Shown piece after piece: positions 14,258 to 42,306 of a stretch of 64,000 nt of DNA (its first letter is position 1; the number at the start of each line of letters is the position of its first letter). Origin of the DNA: the human T2T-CHM13v2.0 reference genome, Homo sapiens; the NCBI RefSeq assembly GCF_009914755.1, contig NC_060943.1; one strand, 5' to 3'. The position numbers were made by a program, and so were the translations under genes. The notes under the pieces were generated by a model. That model was not told where the DNA came from. It ran no database searches and saw nothing but the letters and a program-made list of their open reading frames with translations.

Positions 14258-14663
14258 CTGCAGAGGCAAAGTCCAGGCTGCAGGACTGCCTGGGTCCTTT
14301 GGTCTGACTGCCACTTCCTAACGGCTCTCTATCCCCAAACCACCGTGTCCTGTCTCCTTAGAACCTCACAGGCAGCACCGTAGCTTTGGGGGACCCTAAT
14401 TTCCTTCCTCCAGCTTTGTGTATTCAACATCCAAACTCTCAGCCCTATCCTCCCCTGGACTCAGATCGGAGCCTCCACCCTTGGGGACCCAGGAGTCCAA
14501 GCTCCAACTCCTTCCTCCTTCCCCAAAATGCAGGAGTCCAGGCCCCCAGAACTCTTCCCTTAGACACAGAAGTCCCAGCCACCTCCTCTCTCACTATGCC
14601 ACCTCGTGTCTTTTAATGGACATAAAATCCACATAACATTAGCCATTTTAAAGTGTACGACTC

Positions 14664-16426
<1,763 letters not shown>

Positions 16427-16784
16427 TCACACAAAGCTATGAGGGAGCCCAGGGGAGGGAGGGGTCCATGCTACCTGCTCCTCCGTCGGCCCTCAACACT
16501 GATCTCCTGCCCTGCCCTGTCCTGTGTTTGCCACCTGGCTGATTCCCACTTCTCTTCCAAAAACATAATAATAATAAAGACGAGAAAGCCCAGGTGATCC
16601 TAAGGAAGACTTGTCCCCGCTCTGAGCCTCCATACCCAACTCGGTGTCCTGGCACAAAGATGAGTTTGGCTCACTGGTGTCCCCACGGTGCTTATGTGAC
16701 CTGCTTGGACCCTCCCTGGGAGGACAGGGGACAGGGCTCCAGCCTGCCGAGCTACTTTCAAGTTGGGAATTAGGCCCCACTCAC

Positions 16785-16920
16785 CGGCCACGGGTAGGTT
16801 GGGTGTCTGGAGCCTGAAGGATCCTTCCAGAAGCTAGGGCTGCTGGCCTGGCTCAGCCGAGGGGAAGAGGCTGTGCTTTTCCTCTGAGAAAGATGACGTT
16901 GCACTTTCATATTGAGGAAA
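16785..16920 (-). promoter_or_regulatory. TMEM150B: Probable TMEM150B non-coding first exon and proximal promoter
   Basis: CCG|gtgagt donor at 16784; unique sequence with TGACGT and GAGGAA motifs before the Alu field; TSS not visible. Confidence 0.5.
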
Positions 16921-16947
16921 CCGCTTGTGGTTGGTGGTGGGGACTGG

Positions 16948-19062
<2,115 letters not shown>

Positions 19063-19502
19063 AAAAAGTTAAATTTAATAAATAAATAAATAAACACTTT
19101 AGCACATTGACTTTAGAGGTGTCCACATTGGGCAGAAACGGCCAGGCTCTGCTCCCCACCCCATGCTTAGTCATCGGTCAAGGCTGCATAAAAAGAATGT
19201 AATAGCAATCCAAATCAAACACTGCTGAAGGTGCTACTGCTGGAGGCTGGAGACCAGCTGAAGTCCTCCCTGCTAATCAAGTTCTTTCAGGAAGGGTGAG
19301 CCACCTGGCTACCGTACTTGCCCAGTGTCACTCAGCTACCGAGTGGAGCAGCTTGGGTCTGTCTGGCTGTAAAGTTTGGTTCCTTCCTATGTGCCATGCA
19401 ATGCCCTTGAATATCCCTCCCTATCTTCACCCATCCAACCTTCTCCTGAAACATCCATTTATCTGTGCATATGTTCATGCCTTTGTGCATTCCTCCAGCT
19501 AG

Positions 19503-19726
<224 letters not shown>

Positions 19727-19904
19727 TAGAAGTAGAATTACTGGGTTGTATAGTAACATTTTTAGGAACTGCTAAACTACTTTCCGCCATGTGTACACGA
19801 TTTACACCATTTTACATTCCTGACAGCAGTGCATGAGGGTTTCAATCTCTCCACACCGGCAACAGTGCCTGCTATTATCGGTCTTTTTAAAATTACATTA
19901 CAAT

Positions 19905-22570
<2,666 letters not shown>

Positions 22571-22589
22571 TAGAAAGTTAGATTTTAAT

Positions 22590-23830
<1,241 letters not shown>

Positions 23831-23973
23831 AAATATCAATTCATTGCAAAATTTGAGTAGGAGAATGATGAGGTGTGTGTGTGTGTATGCAATCATATAT
23901 GTATATAGATATAGCTATATAGGTCTGTGTGTGTATATAAATTAATATATAGTATACAATAAGTATACTTATA

Positions 23974-30458
<6,485 letters not shown>

Positions 30459-30759
30459 TTATTATTCTCGGCGTAATTATGATGAATTGTTAGTTACGTT
30501 TGCCTCTAGGATTGAGGTAGGGGGGGTGATCCCAATTAGGGGGTGCCCCAGGGGAGCGCCCCAGGAGTCAGGGCTTGTCTCAAAAGTCCCCACTCCTCCC
30601 TCAGCCTCCCCTCCCTCCATCCGACCCCGTTCATATCGCGGGAAGGTCCCACAGAGTGCGTGTGGATACTCCCAAAACGCAACGGTGTAAACGGGGAGGG
30701 AGGGAGAGAGACTGAGGAGCCCTTTGTAGCCAGGCAGAGCTGTCAATAAAGTTTCGTCG

Positions 30760-31625
30760 CCTTGGTAACCGCAGGCCTCGCGGGGCGGGAGGGGAGAGGG
30801 ATGGCGGTGCGCGCGCATTCACCGCCTCCCTCCCGCCGGGTCTGGCTTTCTCCCTCCTGTGGCCGAAGCTTTCCTCGGAGAAATAGAAGAGGGAGGCCGC
30901 GACTCTATGGTGATGGACGGAGGCCTTACCCAATGGAAAGAGGAGCTGTCCCAAGGCCAGGCAATCATATACGACTACTGGAGCTGGCAGAGCCCGCCCT
31001 CTTTCCACTTGGACCTGAATAACCCGACCCAAACCGAGTTTCGCCCGGAGAGACTGCGCTTTCGGCCAATGAGTGCGTCGATTTCGAGCCCCAGTGTGAG
31101 CGAAGGCGGGACAAGTCTCCATGGCAGCGACTAAAGGACAGCGATGTGAACCACTGACAACAGTTCGCGGCGTTTGACGGCGGCGGGGGCGTGGCGGGGT
31201 TTTATCTGTGTATTGACGAGAGCCGGGCGCGGAGGGAAAGAGTGGGGCTTGGCCAATGGGAGCGCCGTGAGCTTCGTAGCAACGGAGGAGTGGCGGTGGC
31301 TGTGGCCAATAGAAAGCCTCAGTGGCCTTGGCGGGGCTGGCCCGGAGAGCAGATGGGAGGTGCGGCGACAGTGTTTGACGAGAGCCGAAGGAGGCTGTGG
31401 GAGGTGTTGGCGGCGGCGGCGCGGGCGCCTGAGGAGGAGGAGGAGAAGCGGGTGAGGGGCGGCGCGGGGCCCGATCTCTGAGCCCCTTCACGGCCCCAGC
31501 CCCGCGCCGCCTTGGCTCCCCAGTCGCCCCCTGCCCCGACTGCCCCCCACCCCGCCCGGCCCCTCCTCGTGTCCAGGCGCCCACGTCTCCCGGCCCCTCG
31601 CCGGGCCTCGGGCTCCGCGGCACTG
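30760..31625 (+). promoter_or_regulatory. KMT5C: KMT5C CpG-island promoter and non-coding exon 1 (donor CGG|gtgagg after 31451)
   Basis: High CpG density; CCAAT at 31066, 31253, 31306; E2F-like TTTCGCCC at 31039; GC boxes. Confidence 0.8.
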
Positions 31626-31683
31626 CAGCCTCCTTCCTGTGCTTCCTCACCCGGGCCCTGACCCCCTTCTTACGTCCACGGCC

Positions 31684-32000
31684 CTCCCTGCATCCTCAGG
31701 GCCTCTCCCTGACCTCTTGTCACTCTCCAGGCCTCTCCCTGCACCCCCCAGGGCCTTTCCCTGACCTCACCCTCCAGGCCTCTCCCTGCACCCCCAGGTC
31801 TCTCCCTGCACCCTCAGGGCCTCTCCCTGACCCCTCTCTCACCCCCGGGACCTCCCTGCACTCCCAGGGCCAATCCCCGACCTCCTCTCACCCTCCAGGC
31901 CTCCTTCTGGACCCTCTAGGTCTTTCTGTGCCCTAGAACCTCTCCCTGACCCCTCTGTCCCTCTCCTGGCACTCCCTGGACCCTGAGGTCGGCCTCTGAC
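31684..32000 (+). repeat. Imperfect C-rich tandem repeat (caggcctctccctg...) in KMT5C intron 1
   Basis: Several copies of (g)gcctctccctg(c/a)ac. Confidence 0.75.
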
Positions 32001-33430
32001 CCTCCAGGTCCCTTGCCCTGGGCTCTCACCGCCTACCCAGGCGCCTCCCTGGGTCCCCAGGCCCTTCCCTAGGGTCTCCCTTTCCTGGATCCCCCAGGAC
32101 CCCACCAAGCCCGTTTGGATCCCTGGGCCCCTGTCCGCCCTCTCAGGCCCTTCACTCACTGGACACCCAGGATCTTCTCCGCCATCCCTGGACCGCCCCC
32201 CGACCCAGGTCTCCCGTCTGGCTCCTCCCTGAGTCCCTAGGCCATTCCCCGCTCTCTGTCCTCCCTGGCACCCCCATCCCTTCCTCACACCCCTCTGAGC
32301 GCCCCCAGGCCCGGCTGCAGCCTTCTCCCTCCCACAGCCCCCTGCCGTGCCCACCGCTGTGCGTTTCTCTCCTTGCCCCCAGCCCCCTCTCCAGCTTCCC
32401 CGCTGTCCCTGGCGCCCTCCTGCAGCGCCCCCTCTTTCTCTCCCGCAGCCTCGCAGTCTGTCCCCGACCCCTCCACAGCCGTCTCTGCAGCTCCCGCTCC
32501 TTGCCCTGCCCCATCTCCTCCTCTCCTGGGCGCGGATGAGCCTCGAGCGCCGTGGTGCGGGGACGAGGCTGGCCCTCCGTCCGGGTTAGGGGTTTGGGTG
32601 GTTTTCTTCATCTCTCCGTTCTCTCCTGGCTCCGCTTTAAAAAAATGTTTTTGTAAATATTGACCTGTGCTGCCTCCCCATAGTCTTCCTTTGCTCCCCT
32701 CCCCACCCCCGCTTTTGTCCTCTGAGCCCCCCTCCCCTGGAATCCTTGGAGAGGGAGCAGGTGCTGGGATCCCTCCCCTGCCCTCCCTCCCGTCACCCGC
32801 CTCCAGGCTGCCTGGGGCTTCACCCGGAGCCTCCTGACGACTCCCGAAGGCTGCCGGGGAGGCAGGGGGCGGAGACCGAGGCTGGGTCGAGGTGGGGGTG
32901 GAGGGCGGGACCTCGGGCTGGCGGGAAGCTTTGACTTTTCCTCCTTGAGGGCTAGAGGTGAAGCGGCTCCCCACGGTGCTAAGCCTTTAGGGTGATCCCG
33001 GCTGCCAATCAGTCAGCCTTCTCTGGGCCCAAAGAGATGTGTGTGTGTAGGGGGTCTCTGTACATATGGGCAGGGGCATCTGCGTGTGTCAGTCTGAGTG
33101 TGCATGGGTGTGCATGTGGGGGTTGTGTGTTTAGGGGGGATCTGTGTCTGCGCTGCGGAGCAAGAGCAAGAGCTAAGGCGATGGCTGACATGGCTCTGGG
33201 CTTTCCCTACTCTCAGAAGTACTTGTTGCATTCCATCTTCGCCAGCGGCCTGGTGAAGTCAGCACTGCTTTTCTCCCCATTTTGCAGATGAGATCGTGGG
33301 GCTCACCAGCGTCCCCCATGGCTTCTGAGTAGCGTGGGAGTGGAGTCAGCACCAAGCCAGGCTCCCCGCGCCTGCCTTGCCCTCACCTGCTCCTGCTCTC
33401 TGCCAGAGGCAGCATGGTCCGCAGGGCACC

Positions 33431-33540
33431 ATGGGGCCCGACAGAGTGACAGCACGAGAACTGTGCGAGAACGACGACCTGGCCACCAGCCTCGTCCTGG
33501 ACCCCTACCTCGGTTTCCGCACCCATAAGATGAACGTCAG
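33431..33540 (+). CDS. KMT5C: KMT5C first coding exon ([37 protein letters not shown])
   Basis: caccATGg Kozak; AG|gtgagg; SUV4-20 N-terminal motif; exon acceptor at 33288. Confidence 0.95.
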
Positions 33541-33708
33541 GTGAGGTGGCCTGGGGGCGAGGGTGGGCCCGAGGGGTCAGGACCCCTCCCCTTGCACCGC
33601 TGCCGCCCCTCGGCCCTCTCCTTAGCCTGGTCCTCCCCTCAGCTCCAAGTGGGGGTTGGGGCCGGGGCCCGGGAAGGCCCTGGGACCCAGGCATGCCCTC
33701 TCCCCCAG

Positions 33709-33874
33709 CCCTGTGCCCCCCCTGCGGCGACAGCAGCACCTGCGCTCAGCGCTGGAAACTTTCCTGAGGCAGCGGGACCTGGAGGCTGCGTACCGGGCCC
33801 TGACGCTGGGAGGCTGGACGGCCCGCTACTTCCAGAGCCGGGGCCCGCGGCAGGAGGCTGCCCTCAAGACCCAC
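33709..33874 (+). CDS. KMT5C: KMT5C coding exon 2
   Basis: cccag|C, CAC|gtgagg; 166 nt. Confidence 0.93.
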
Positions 33875-34235
33875 GTGAGGGCGCCCTCCCCTCCCCCGCC
33901 CTCACCGCGTGTCCTCCCCGCTCACCGGGCCTGGTCCCGCCTGGCAGACGCTCTAGAGTCCCTCAGCGCAGCCCCTGGGGCCCCCTGACTTCCTAGCCCT
34001 TGGGACCATCTGAGGCAAGGCTCAGAGAATCCTAGGAGAGGAGAGTTGGGGGGGCCCTCTGAGATGTAGTCCAACCTCTTCATTTGACGGATGAGGAAAC
34101 TGAGGCCCCGAGAGGGAACATGAGGCCCCCAAGACCACACAGTGAGTCAGTGGCATGGCAGGCCTAGAGTCCTGGAGAGAGAGGGCCAAAGATGCCCCTG
34201 CCCCGCCTCCTCACCCCCACCCTCACCCTCACCAG

Positions 34236-34345
34236 GTCTATCGCTACCTCCGTGCCTTCCTGCCGGAAAGTGGCTTTACCATCCTGCCCTGCACGCGCTA
34301 CTCCATGGAGACCAACGGGGCCAAGATCGTGTCCACTCGTGCTTG
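34236..34345 (+). CDS. KMT5C: KMT5C coding exon 3 ([37 protein letters not shown])
   Basis: accag|GTC, TG|gtaag; start of SET domain. Confidence 0.95.
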
Positions 34346-35185
34346 GTAAGAGGGCAGGACTCCCTGCAGGTATCCTTGGAGGAGACAGAGCTCAGAGGGG
34401 ACAAGAGAGACCCTCTGTTCATGGACTGGCCAACCGGGAAAAAGCGAGGGGCCTGGTCCTCCGGGCATCCTAGGAAGGTGGTGGGGCTAATCCCGGAAGA
34501 CCTTTGTGGCTACCGTGGTGCCGCTGGAGCAGGAGACCCCGGATGTGACCCCAGGGTTCCTGGGGCTTCCAGGAAAGAACTAGGCTTCTGGTCAGGGCCG
34601 TGCTGTCCTTACCTCCTTGTGACCTGAGCCCCCACCACATGTTAAACACCCCTGAGTGCAATGAGGAGCCCCTGCCCCTGCCCCTGCCCCTGCCCCTGCG
34701 GGGTTCACAGTCTGGTGAGGAGGTGGGGGGCAGACAAGTCAACATGCAGTCACTGGTCCCAGCTGGTACATGCTGCAGGGGAGCTGTGAGGAATGAGCAA
34801 GTGCTCCCAGGGCGAGGCTCACACTGACAGGGGAAGCACCCGCCTGAGGGTCTGGTGGGGCGAGTAGGGGGTAGTCCAGGCAGGAGGGATTTGGGGGCAG
34901 GAGGTGCTATGAGAGCGAGGGGAGAGAATGGGGGCTGTATCTGCTGTGTGCGTGCTGCCCTGAAGGCTTTCAGTAGAAGGGTCCTGTGGGGCTGTGGGCT
35001 GGAGCAGGGAAGCCCACCCAGGCAGGAGGGGAAGAGGGAGATCTGGAAGATGGATCGCCAATAGCCAGCACCAGCGCCCAGGAGTCCCTCCTTCCTGGGT
35101 GCCTCTGTGCCGGAGGCCCGAGTCCCCTGAACACCTGCAGGAGGCCAGGCATCGCCCACAGCCCTGCCCCCTGGCCTCTTGGCAG

Positions 35186-35349
35186 GAAAAAGAATGAGAA
35201 GCTGGAGCTGCTGGTGGGCTGCATTGCAGAGCTGCGGGAGGCAGATGAGGGGCTGCTGAGGGCCGGTGAGAATGACTTCAGCATCATGTACTCAACCCGC
35301 AAGCGGAGTGCTCAGCTGTGGCTGGGCCCAGCCGCCTTCATCAACCATG
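35186..35349 (+). CDS. KMT5C: KMT5C coding exon 4 (SET core, ...[11 protein letters not shown])
   Basis: gcag|G, G|gtgag; 164 nt. Confidence 0.95.
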
Positions 35350-35483
35350 GTGAGGGTCAGGCAGGTGGATGGGCAGGACGGGATAGAGCCAGGCAGGGCT
35401 GGAGGGGTGTAGTGGGAGGGTTCTGCGACTGAGCTGCCGAGCTCATCTACCTCTCTTCTCTCTCCTGCCCCAACTGGCTCCAG

Positions 35484-35503
35484 ACTGCAAACCCAACTGC
35501 AAG
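35484..35503 (+). CDS. KMT5C: KMT5C 20-nt microexon (DCKPNCK)
   Basis: ctccag|AC...AAG|gtaagg; completes the NHDCxPNC SET motif and restores frame. Confidence 0.92.
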
Positions 35504-35598
35504 GTAAGGCCTTGGGACTCGGGAGGAGAGGGCACGCAGGAAGAAAGGGTGCCTGTGGCCTGGGGAAAGGGTTTTTGGTCAGTAAAGAGCCAAACACC

Positions 35599-35953
<355 letters not shown>

Positions 35954-37718
35954 TCACAAGGCTACCAGAAAGGAGGAAGGGGTTCCAGTTTGGCCAGCGT
36001 TGCCCGGCTGTTTGTGCAGTTGCACTGGAACCCTGGTTGCCAGCTGCTGGCCATCTTTCTTCTCTGAAAACCGAGCTGGGAGCTGTGCCAATTTGGGCAG
36101 GGAGTGTGGCAGGGAGGCAGGGCCCTGTGGTGGGAGCCCCCGGCCTTGCAGGGAACAACGCAGGCAGCTGTGGTGGCAGGAGCAGGGAGGCCAGAGAGCC
36201 CCAGGGGCCAGGACTCAGGATGCTGTCCAGACATGCCCAGGAGAGGCCGCTGGTTGTCCTGTAGCCCGGAAGCAGAAGGAATCAGGAGGGTTGGCTCCAG
36301 GGCGGCATTGAGGGTGCACCCTCTGGAGCACAGACCTCGATGGGGCACCCCGGGAGGCATGACAAAGGGATCCAGATTTTTGGCTCCAGAGTCAGAACTG
36401 AGTTGGGGTCCTGGCGATGCCACCCCTGGCCTTTGGTTTTTCATCTCAGATGGGGTTGGTGAGGATCTCTGGAACTCTGCGGGCTGGTCAAGTGTGCCGG
36501 AGGGTTTTGGACAGCGAATGCGTGGCCCTGGTCTGACACCACACACAGACGCTGGGGGGGATGGAAACAAAAGGCGGCATTCGGAGAGGCTCTGCAGGGC
36601 CAGTGTGCTCCAGCCACCTTGAGCACACGAGAGGGCGGCCAGCTCTCCAGCGATCTAGAACCATCTGGCTTCACAGAAGCCATGCTGGGCATCGACGGAG
36701 GAGTAGAATTTCCCTAGGTGTTAAAGGAAATCAGGGGCAAAGGGGGGCGTCTAGCAGGACACGGCACACCAGAGGGCTGGGGGTGCCCAGCGACGGCTTT
36801 GATCCGGCAGCAAGGCCTTGGGGTCCGGGCCAGGGAGCCATGGAAGCTCCCCCCAGGGTGTATAATGGGAAGCTTGGTTTTTAGGTCACCCTGGAGGCCC
36901 ATGTGCAGGAGGCTTGGCAGGAAGGGGAGAGGCTGTAGGCAGGGTGGCCACAAAGAGGTGATGAGGGGCTGACTCCAGTAGGGGTCTCGGGGAGGCGAGG
37001 AGGATGAGGATGCGGGAGGTGGCACACTCAGAAGGCAGTGGCCGGTTGGTCTGGGGGCCGTCAGGCAGGCAGGTGGCGAGGGCTACTCCCAGGCAAATGT
37101 CAGGCTTGAGTGGATGGGTAGATGGACAGTTGGGTGGACAGTGGTCATGCCCCCTCCTAGACGGGGAACAGGGAGGAAGGCGCAGCTGTGTGGGGCTTAG
37201 GAGGAGCCTGTGGGGCAGCTCCTGGGTGAATGATCCCAAAGGCAGGGCCAGAGCACACACAGATTGGGCTGTGGAGTGAGGCAGGCCTCAGAGAAGCGGG
37301 GGCGGCCCGCAGCAGGCAGAGCTCGGACCTCAGCTGCCAAGGCACAGTCTGGCGGGGGGCAGGCAGCTCAGGAGGGGATGGGCTTGGGTGTGGCAGAGGA
37401 GGTGGGGCTTGGCACGGGGCCACAGAGGCTGGAGGGAGTGGTCACCACTGCTGGCACTGCACGCTGCCAGAAGGTCAGGTTAGATCATCGTCCTGCAGGG
37501 AGGGGTGGAAACCAGCCAGTGGGTGGATTGTCCAGGGGCTACAGGCAAAGGACAGGCCCTCGGCAAGGCAGCCGCCTCGGAATGCCACTTTTAGGGGCTC
37601 AGCTGTTGCCCCATTCCAGGAGAGGACGCTCCGGGCCAGGGTGCCCGGCCAGGTGTGGGGAGTGGGTGAGCCCTCCCCTGTGCCCTGGGCCAGGGCGCTG
37701 AGTGGGCTTGGCCCTCAG

Positions 37719-37855
37719 TTTGTGCCTGCAGATGGGAACGCAGCCTGCGTGAAGGTGCTCCGGGACATTGAGCCTGGGGACGAGGTGACATGCTTCTACG
37801 GCGAGGGCTTCTTCGGCGAGAAGAATGAGCACTGTGAATGCCACACCTGTGAGAG
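37719..37855 (+). CDS. KMT5C: KMT5C coding exon 6 (FVPADGN...[25 protein letters not shown])
   Basis: ctcag|TTT, AG|gtggg; post-SET Zn-binding CxCxxC. Confidence 0.95.
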
Positions 37856-38005
37856 GTGGGACCGGGCGAGAGGCGGCTGGGTTCGGGTCGTCTGGGCTTC
37901 TTGAGCCCAGAAACTCACCCTCGGGACCCATCCCTGAGTGTGTCCAACCCCAGCCTCTCATCTCCCTTCCACCCGGCCTCATCTCCCCTTCACCCGGTCT
38001 CCCAG

Positions 38006-38193
38006 GAAAGGTGAAGGAGCTTTCCGAACCAGGCCTAGGGAGCCCGCGTTGCCACCACGGCCCCTGGACAAGTACCAGCTGCGTGAGACCAAGCGGCGGC
38101 TGCAGCAAGGCCTGGACAGTGGCAGCCGACAGGGCCTGCTGGGCCCTCGGGCCTGCGTGCACCCATCCCCGCTGCGCCGGGACCCATTCTGCG
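38006..38193 (+). CDS. KMT5C: KMT5C coding exon 7
   Basis: cccag|G, G|gtgag; KYQLRETKRRL motif. Confidence 0.93.
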
Positions 38194-38461
38194 GTGAGCA
38201 CCCCTCCCTGCCATCCCAGCAGCCCCTCCCCTGTCTGCTCCTGGTCATCTGTCTCCTTTCTTCTGAGCTCTCTGCCTAGCCTGGAACCCTCCCTCCCACC
38301 CTCAGTCGCTGGCAGGCCTCGCTGTTGAGCAGTTCGGCCGCATCATTCCTCTGGGGAGCGCAGGGCAGGGCTGCCTCCTTGTCCAGAGGAGGACCGGCCC
38401 AGCTTGCACTGACTTCACCTCTCCTTTGTTCCTCCTCTCCCTGCCACCTGGGCCTTCACAG

Positions 38462-38955
38462 CCGCCTGCCAGCCCCTGCGCCTGCCAGCCTGCAGCGCCC
38501 GCCCAGACACCTCACCCCTCTGGCTCCAGTGGCTGCCTCAGCCCCAGCCCCGAGTGCGGCCCCGGAAGCGCCGACGCCCCCGGCCCCGGAGGGCCCCAGT
38601 GCTCTCCACCCACCACGCTGCCCGCGTCTCCCTGCACCGATGGGGAGGCTGTGGCCCCCACTGCCGCCTGCGAGGAGAGGCCCTGGTGGCCCTGGGCCAG
38701 CCCCCCCACGCCCGCTGGGCCCCTCAGCAGGACTGGCACTGGGCCCGGCGCTATGGGCTGCCTTACGTGGTGCGTGTGGACCTTCGTCGCCTGGCCCCAG
38801 CCCCACCAGCTACCCCAGCCCCTGCTGGGACCCCAGGCCCCATCCTGATCCCGAAGCAGGCCCTCGCCTTCGCCCCCTTCTCCCCACCCAAGCGCCTACG
38901 GCTGGTGGTCAGCCACGGCTCCATCGACCTGGATGTCGGCGGTGAAGAGCTGTGA
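38462..38955 (+). CDS. KMT5C: KMT5C last coding exon (heterochromatin/HP1-targeting C-terminus); total CDS 1389 nt = 462 aa
   Basis: cacag|CC; TGA at 38953-38955; ...HGSIDLDVGGEEL*. Confidence 0.94.
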
Positions 38956-39603
38956 CAGGCCGGACGGGGAGGCCCAGCAGGGAGAGAGGGTCTCTCTCCT
39001 AGCTGCTACCCAGGACCTCCAGAAGGAGCCCTTGGACCTCTGGGAGGGAGCTGACCCTTGACTCCAGCATAGCTCTGACCCTGGAATGGGGTTGGTTTGG
39101 ACACCCCCAGGGATCTGAGCCCTGACCCTTTGTGACTGCTGACCCCTGAGCCACCCCCACTCCCACAGGGAGCCCCGGCCATTTGCTGCCCTCCCCACCC
39201 CTGCCCCAGCCTCAGGACTGCAGGAGCCATCCGCCCCCCTCAGCCCCTTCCTCCCCAGGGAGCAAAGCCATAAGGGGCAGGGGCCACCCCACGGCATCTC
39301 CCCAGAAGTACAGGCCTCAGGAGGAGGTGGAACTGATGTAGGGGGTGGCACTCCCCAGAGACTGCCCTCACGAGGGGACTGGGTTCGCTCTCAGCTCTGC
39401 AGCTGTCTGCGGTGGGGGGAAGGTTGGGGGGTGTCTGGAGGCATGTTCCCCTCACCACCCCCCGTGGGTCTCAGGGAGGCCGGGTGTGACCTCATCTTTC
39501 TCATGGTGCTATCCTGGTGCTATTGGGGTGGGGAGCTCCCTCCCCTCCCCCACACCAGAAAGGGGTATGTTGGGGGCTTGGAAGCACTTGAACTTTTTAT
39601 TTT

Positions 39604-39609
39604 ATTAAA
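39604..39609 (+). terminator. KMT5C: KMT5C polyA signal ATTAAA
   Basis: U-rich upstream, GT/T-rich downstream. Confidence 0.75.
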
Positions 39610-40766
39610 ACCTTGTTATAAGCAGCACCCTTGGCGGTTTTTTGTTTTGGCTTATGTTTTGAAGGGATGTGAGGAGGGTGAGACCCTCAGCTGTGCTGAT
39701 GAGAGGGGGAGGAGGCAACACAGGCCTTCAGCCCTGAGAGCTGTCGGGAGAGGGATTTGGGAGCGTGATGGACTAGGGGACTGAGGCTGGAGCCCCATCC
39801 CCACTCAGGCTGTGCTTGTAAAAATGCCTTGAGACCCATACTCTCCTAGGAGTGGGTCCTCCCATTTTCCAGGCGAGGTCAACATCGTTTAGCAAGCAGA
39901 GTGACTTGCCAAGGCCACGTGGGGACTTGAGGGCCCTTCTCCCTTCTCGCGCTTCTCAATGAGATGCCCCTCCCACATCTCACTCCAAACGGAGAGAGAC
40001 TGCTGGGGGCCTGGCTGAGTGAGGGTGTGGGGGCTGCCCAGGACACCAGAGCCGAGCCTGGGGGAGGCGGCGCTGACAGGACCTTCCTCAGCTGTGGCAT
40101 CTTGGGCTTTGCCGTGTGTGAGACCAGGAAGATGAATCTTGTTTCTTCAGGTCCGCTCCAGGATCTGGATTTTGCCAGGGCGTCTTAGCTCTGCCTGCTG
40201 TCTCGTTTTGCAAAAGGAAATAACAGCGGCTGACTGTGAGCAATCCCTGATCCCAGGTACCTCCAGCTTCTCCCAGATACTTTTCTCACTGGGCCACCGA
40301 GCCCGTCTCACTTGGGCAGCTACAGGTCACCTGCTGGCTCCAGGCCCCCCATGTGCGCCTCCGCATCTGCCAGCCTTGAACAAGCTTACTGTGGAGGTGG
40401 ACGAGGCCAGGCTGCAGGTATCAGGAAGCTCTCCTTGGCCCTGGTGGAGAGGGAGCAACAGGGGAGCAGTGGCCACAGCGAGACCCATATGAGCACCTCA
40501 GCGGTGGCCCTGGGAGGCGGGGACAAGGGGGCAGTTGAGAACGGGTCAAACCTTGTTTACTTTAAAACTCATTAGATACGTTGGATAATATGGCCTGTTC
40601 TATTTCTTTTGCAGGGAGAAAATTCCTCTTATAATGCAAATCCTGCTAAGCCCTGTTTGTTTTCTTTCTCATGTTAAAAATAAGGACGGAGAGAGCTCCA
40701 GGCCATCAAACAGCAGAGAGATGGCTCCACTGCTAGTCCCCAAGGATTTGTCTCTGAGTGAACTGA

Positions 40767-42306
<1,540 letters not shown>

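Larger units (their letters stand above)
12455..14500. repeat. Local tandem duplication: ~12455-13240 vs ~13735-14500
   Basis: Shared colinear blocks, e.g. cacctgaagaaccagcc, gggcccaggtgcatgagattgtggcc, gaagaagggctggcattcggg, ttccttcctccagctttgtg. Confidence 0.92.

Noticed and set aside
12715-14321. Paralogous ORFs in both duplicate copies (e.g. CLSPxPNASPSSLSSPSPS) suggesting a small gene family
   Set aside because: Similarity follows from the DNA duplication; starts and stops are not shared between copies
30631-31650. 339-aa - strand ORF over the KMT5C promoter
   Set aside because: GC-rich island artefact, non-ATG start, no recognisable domain
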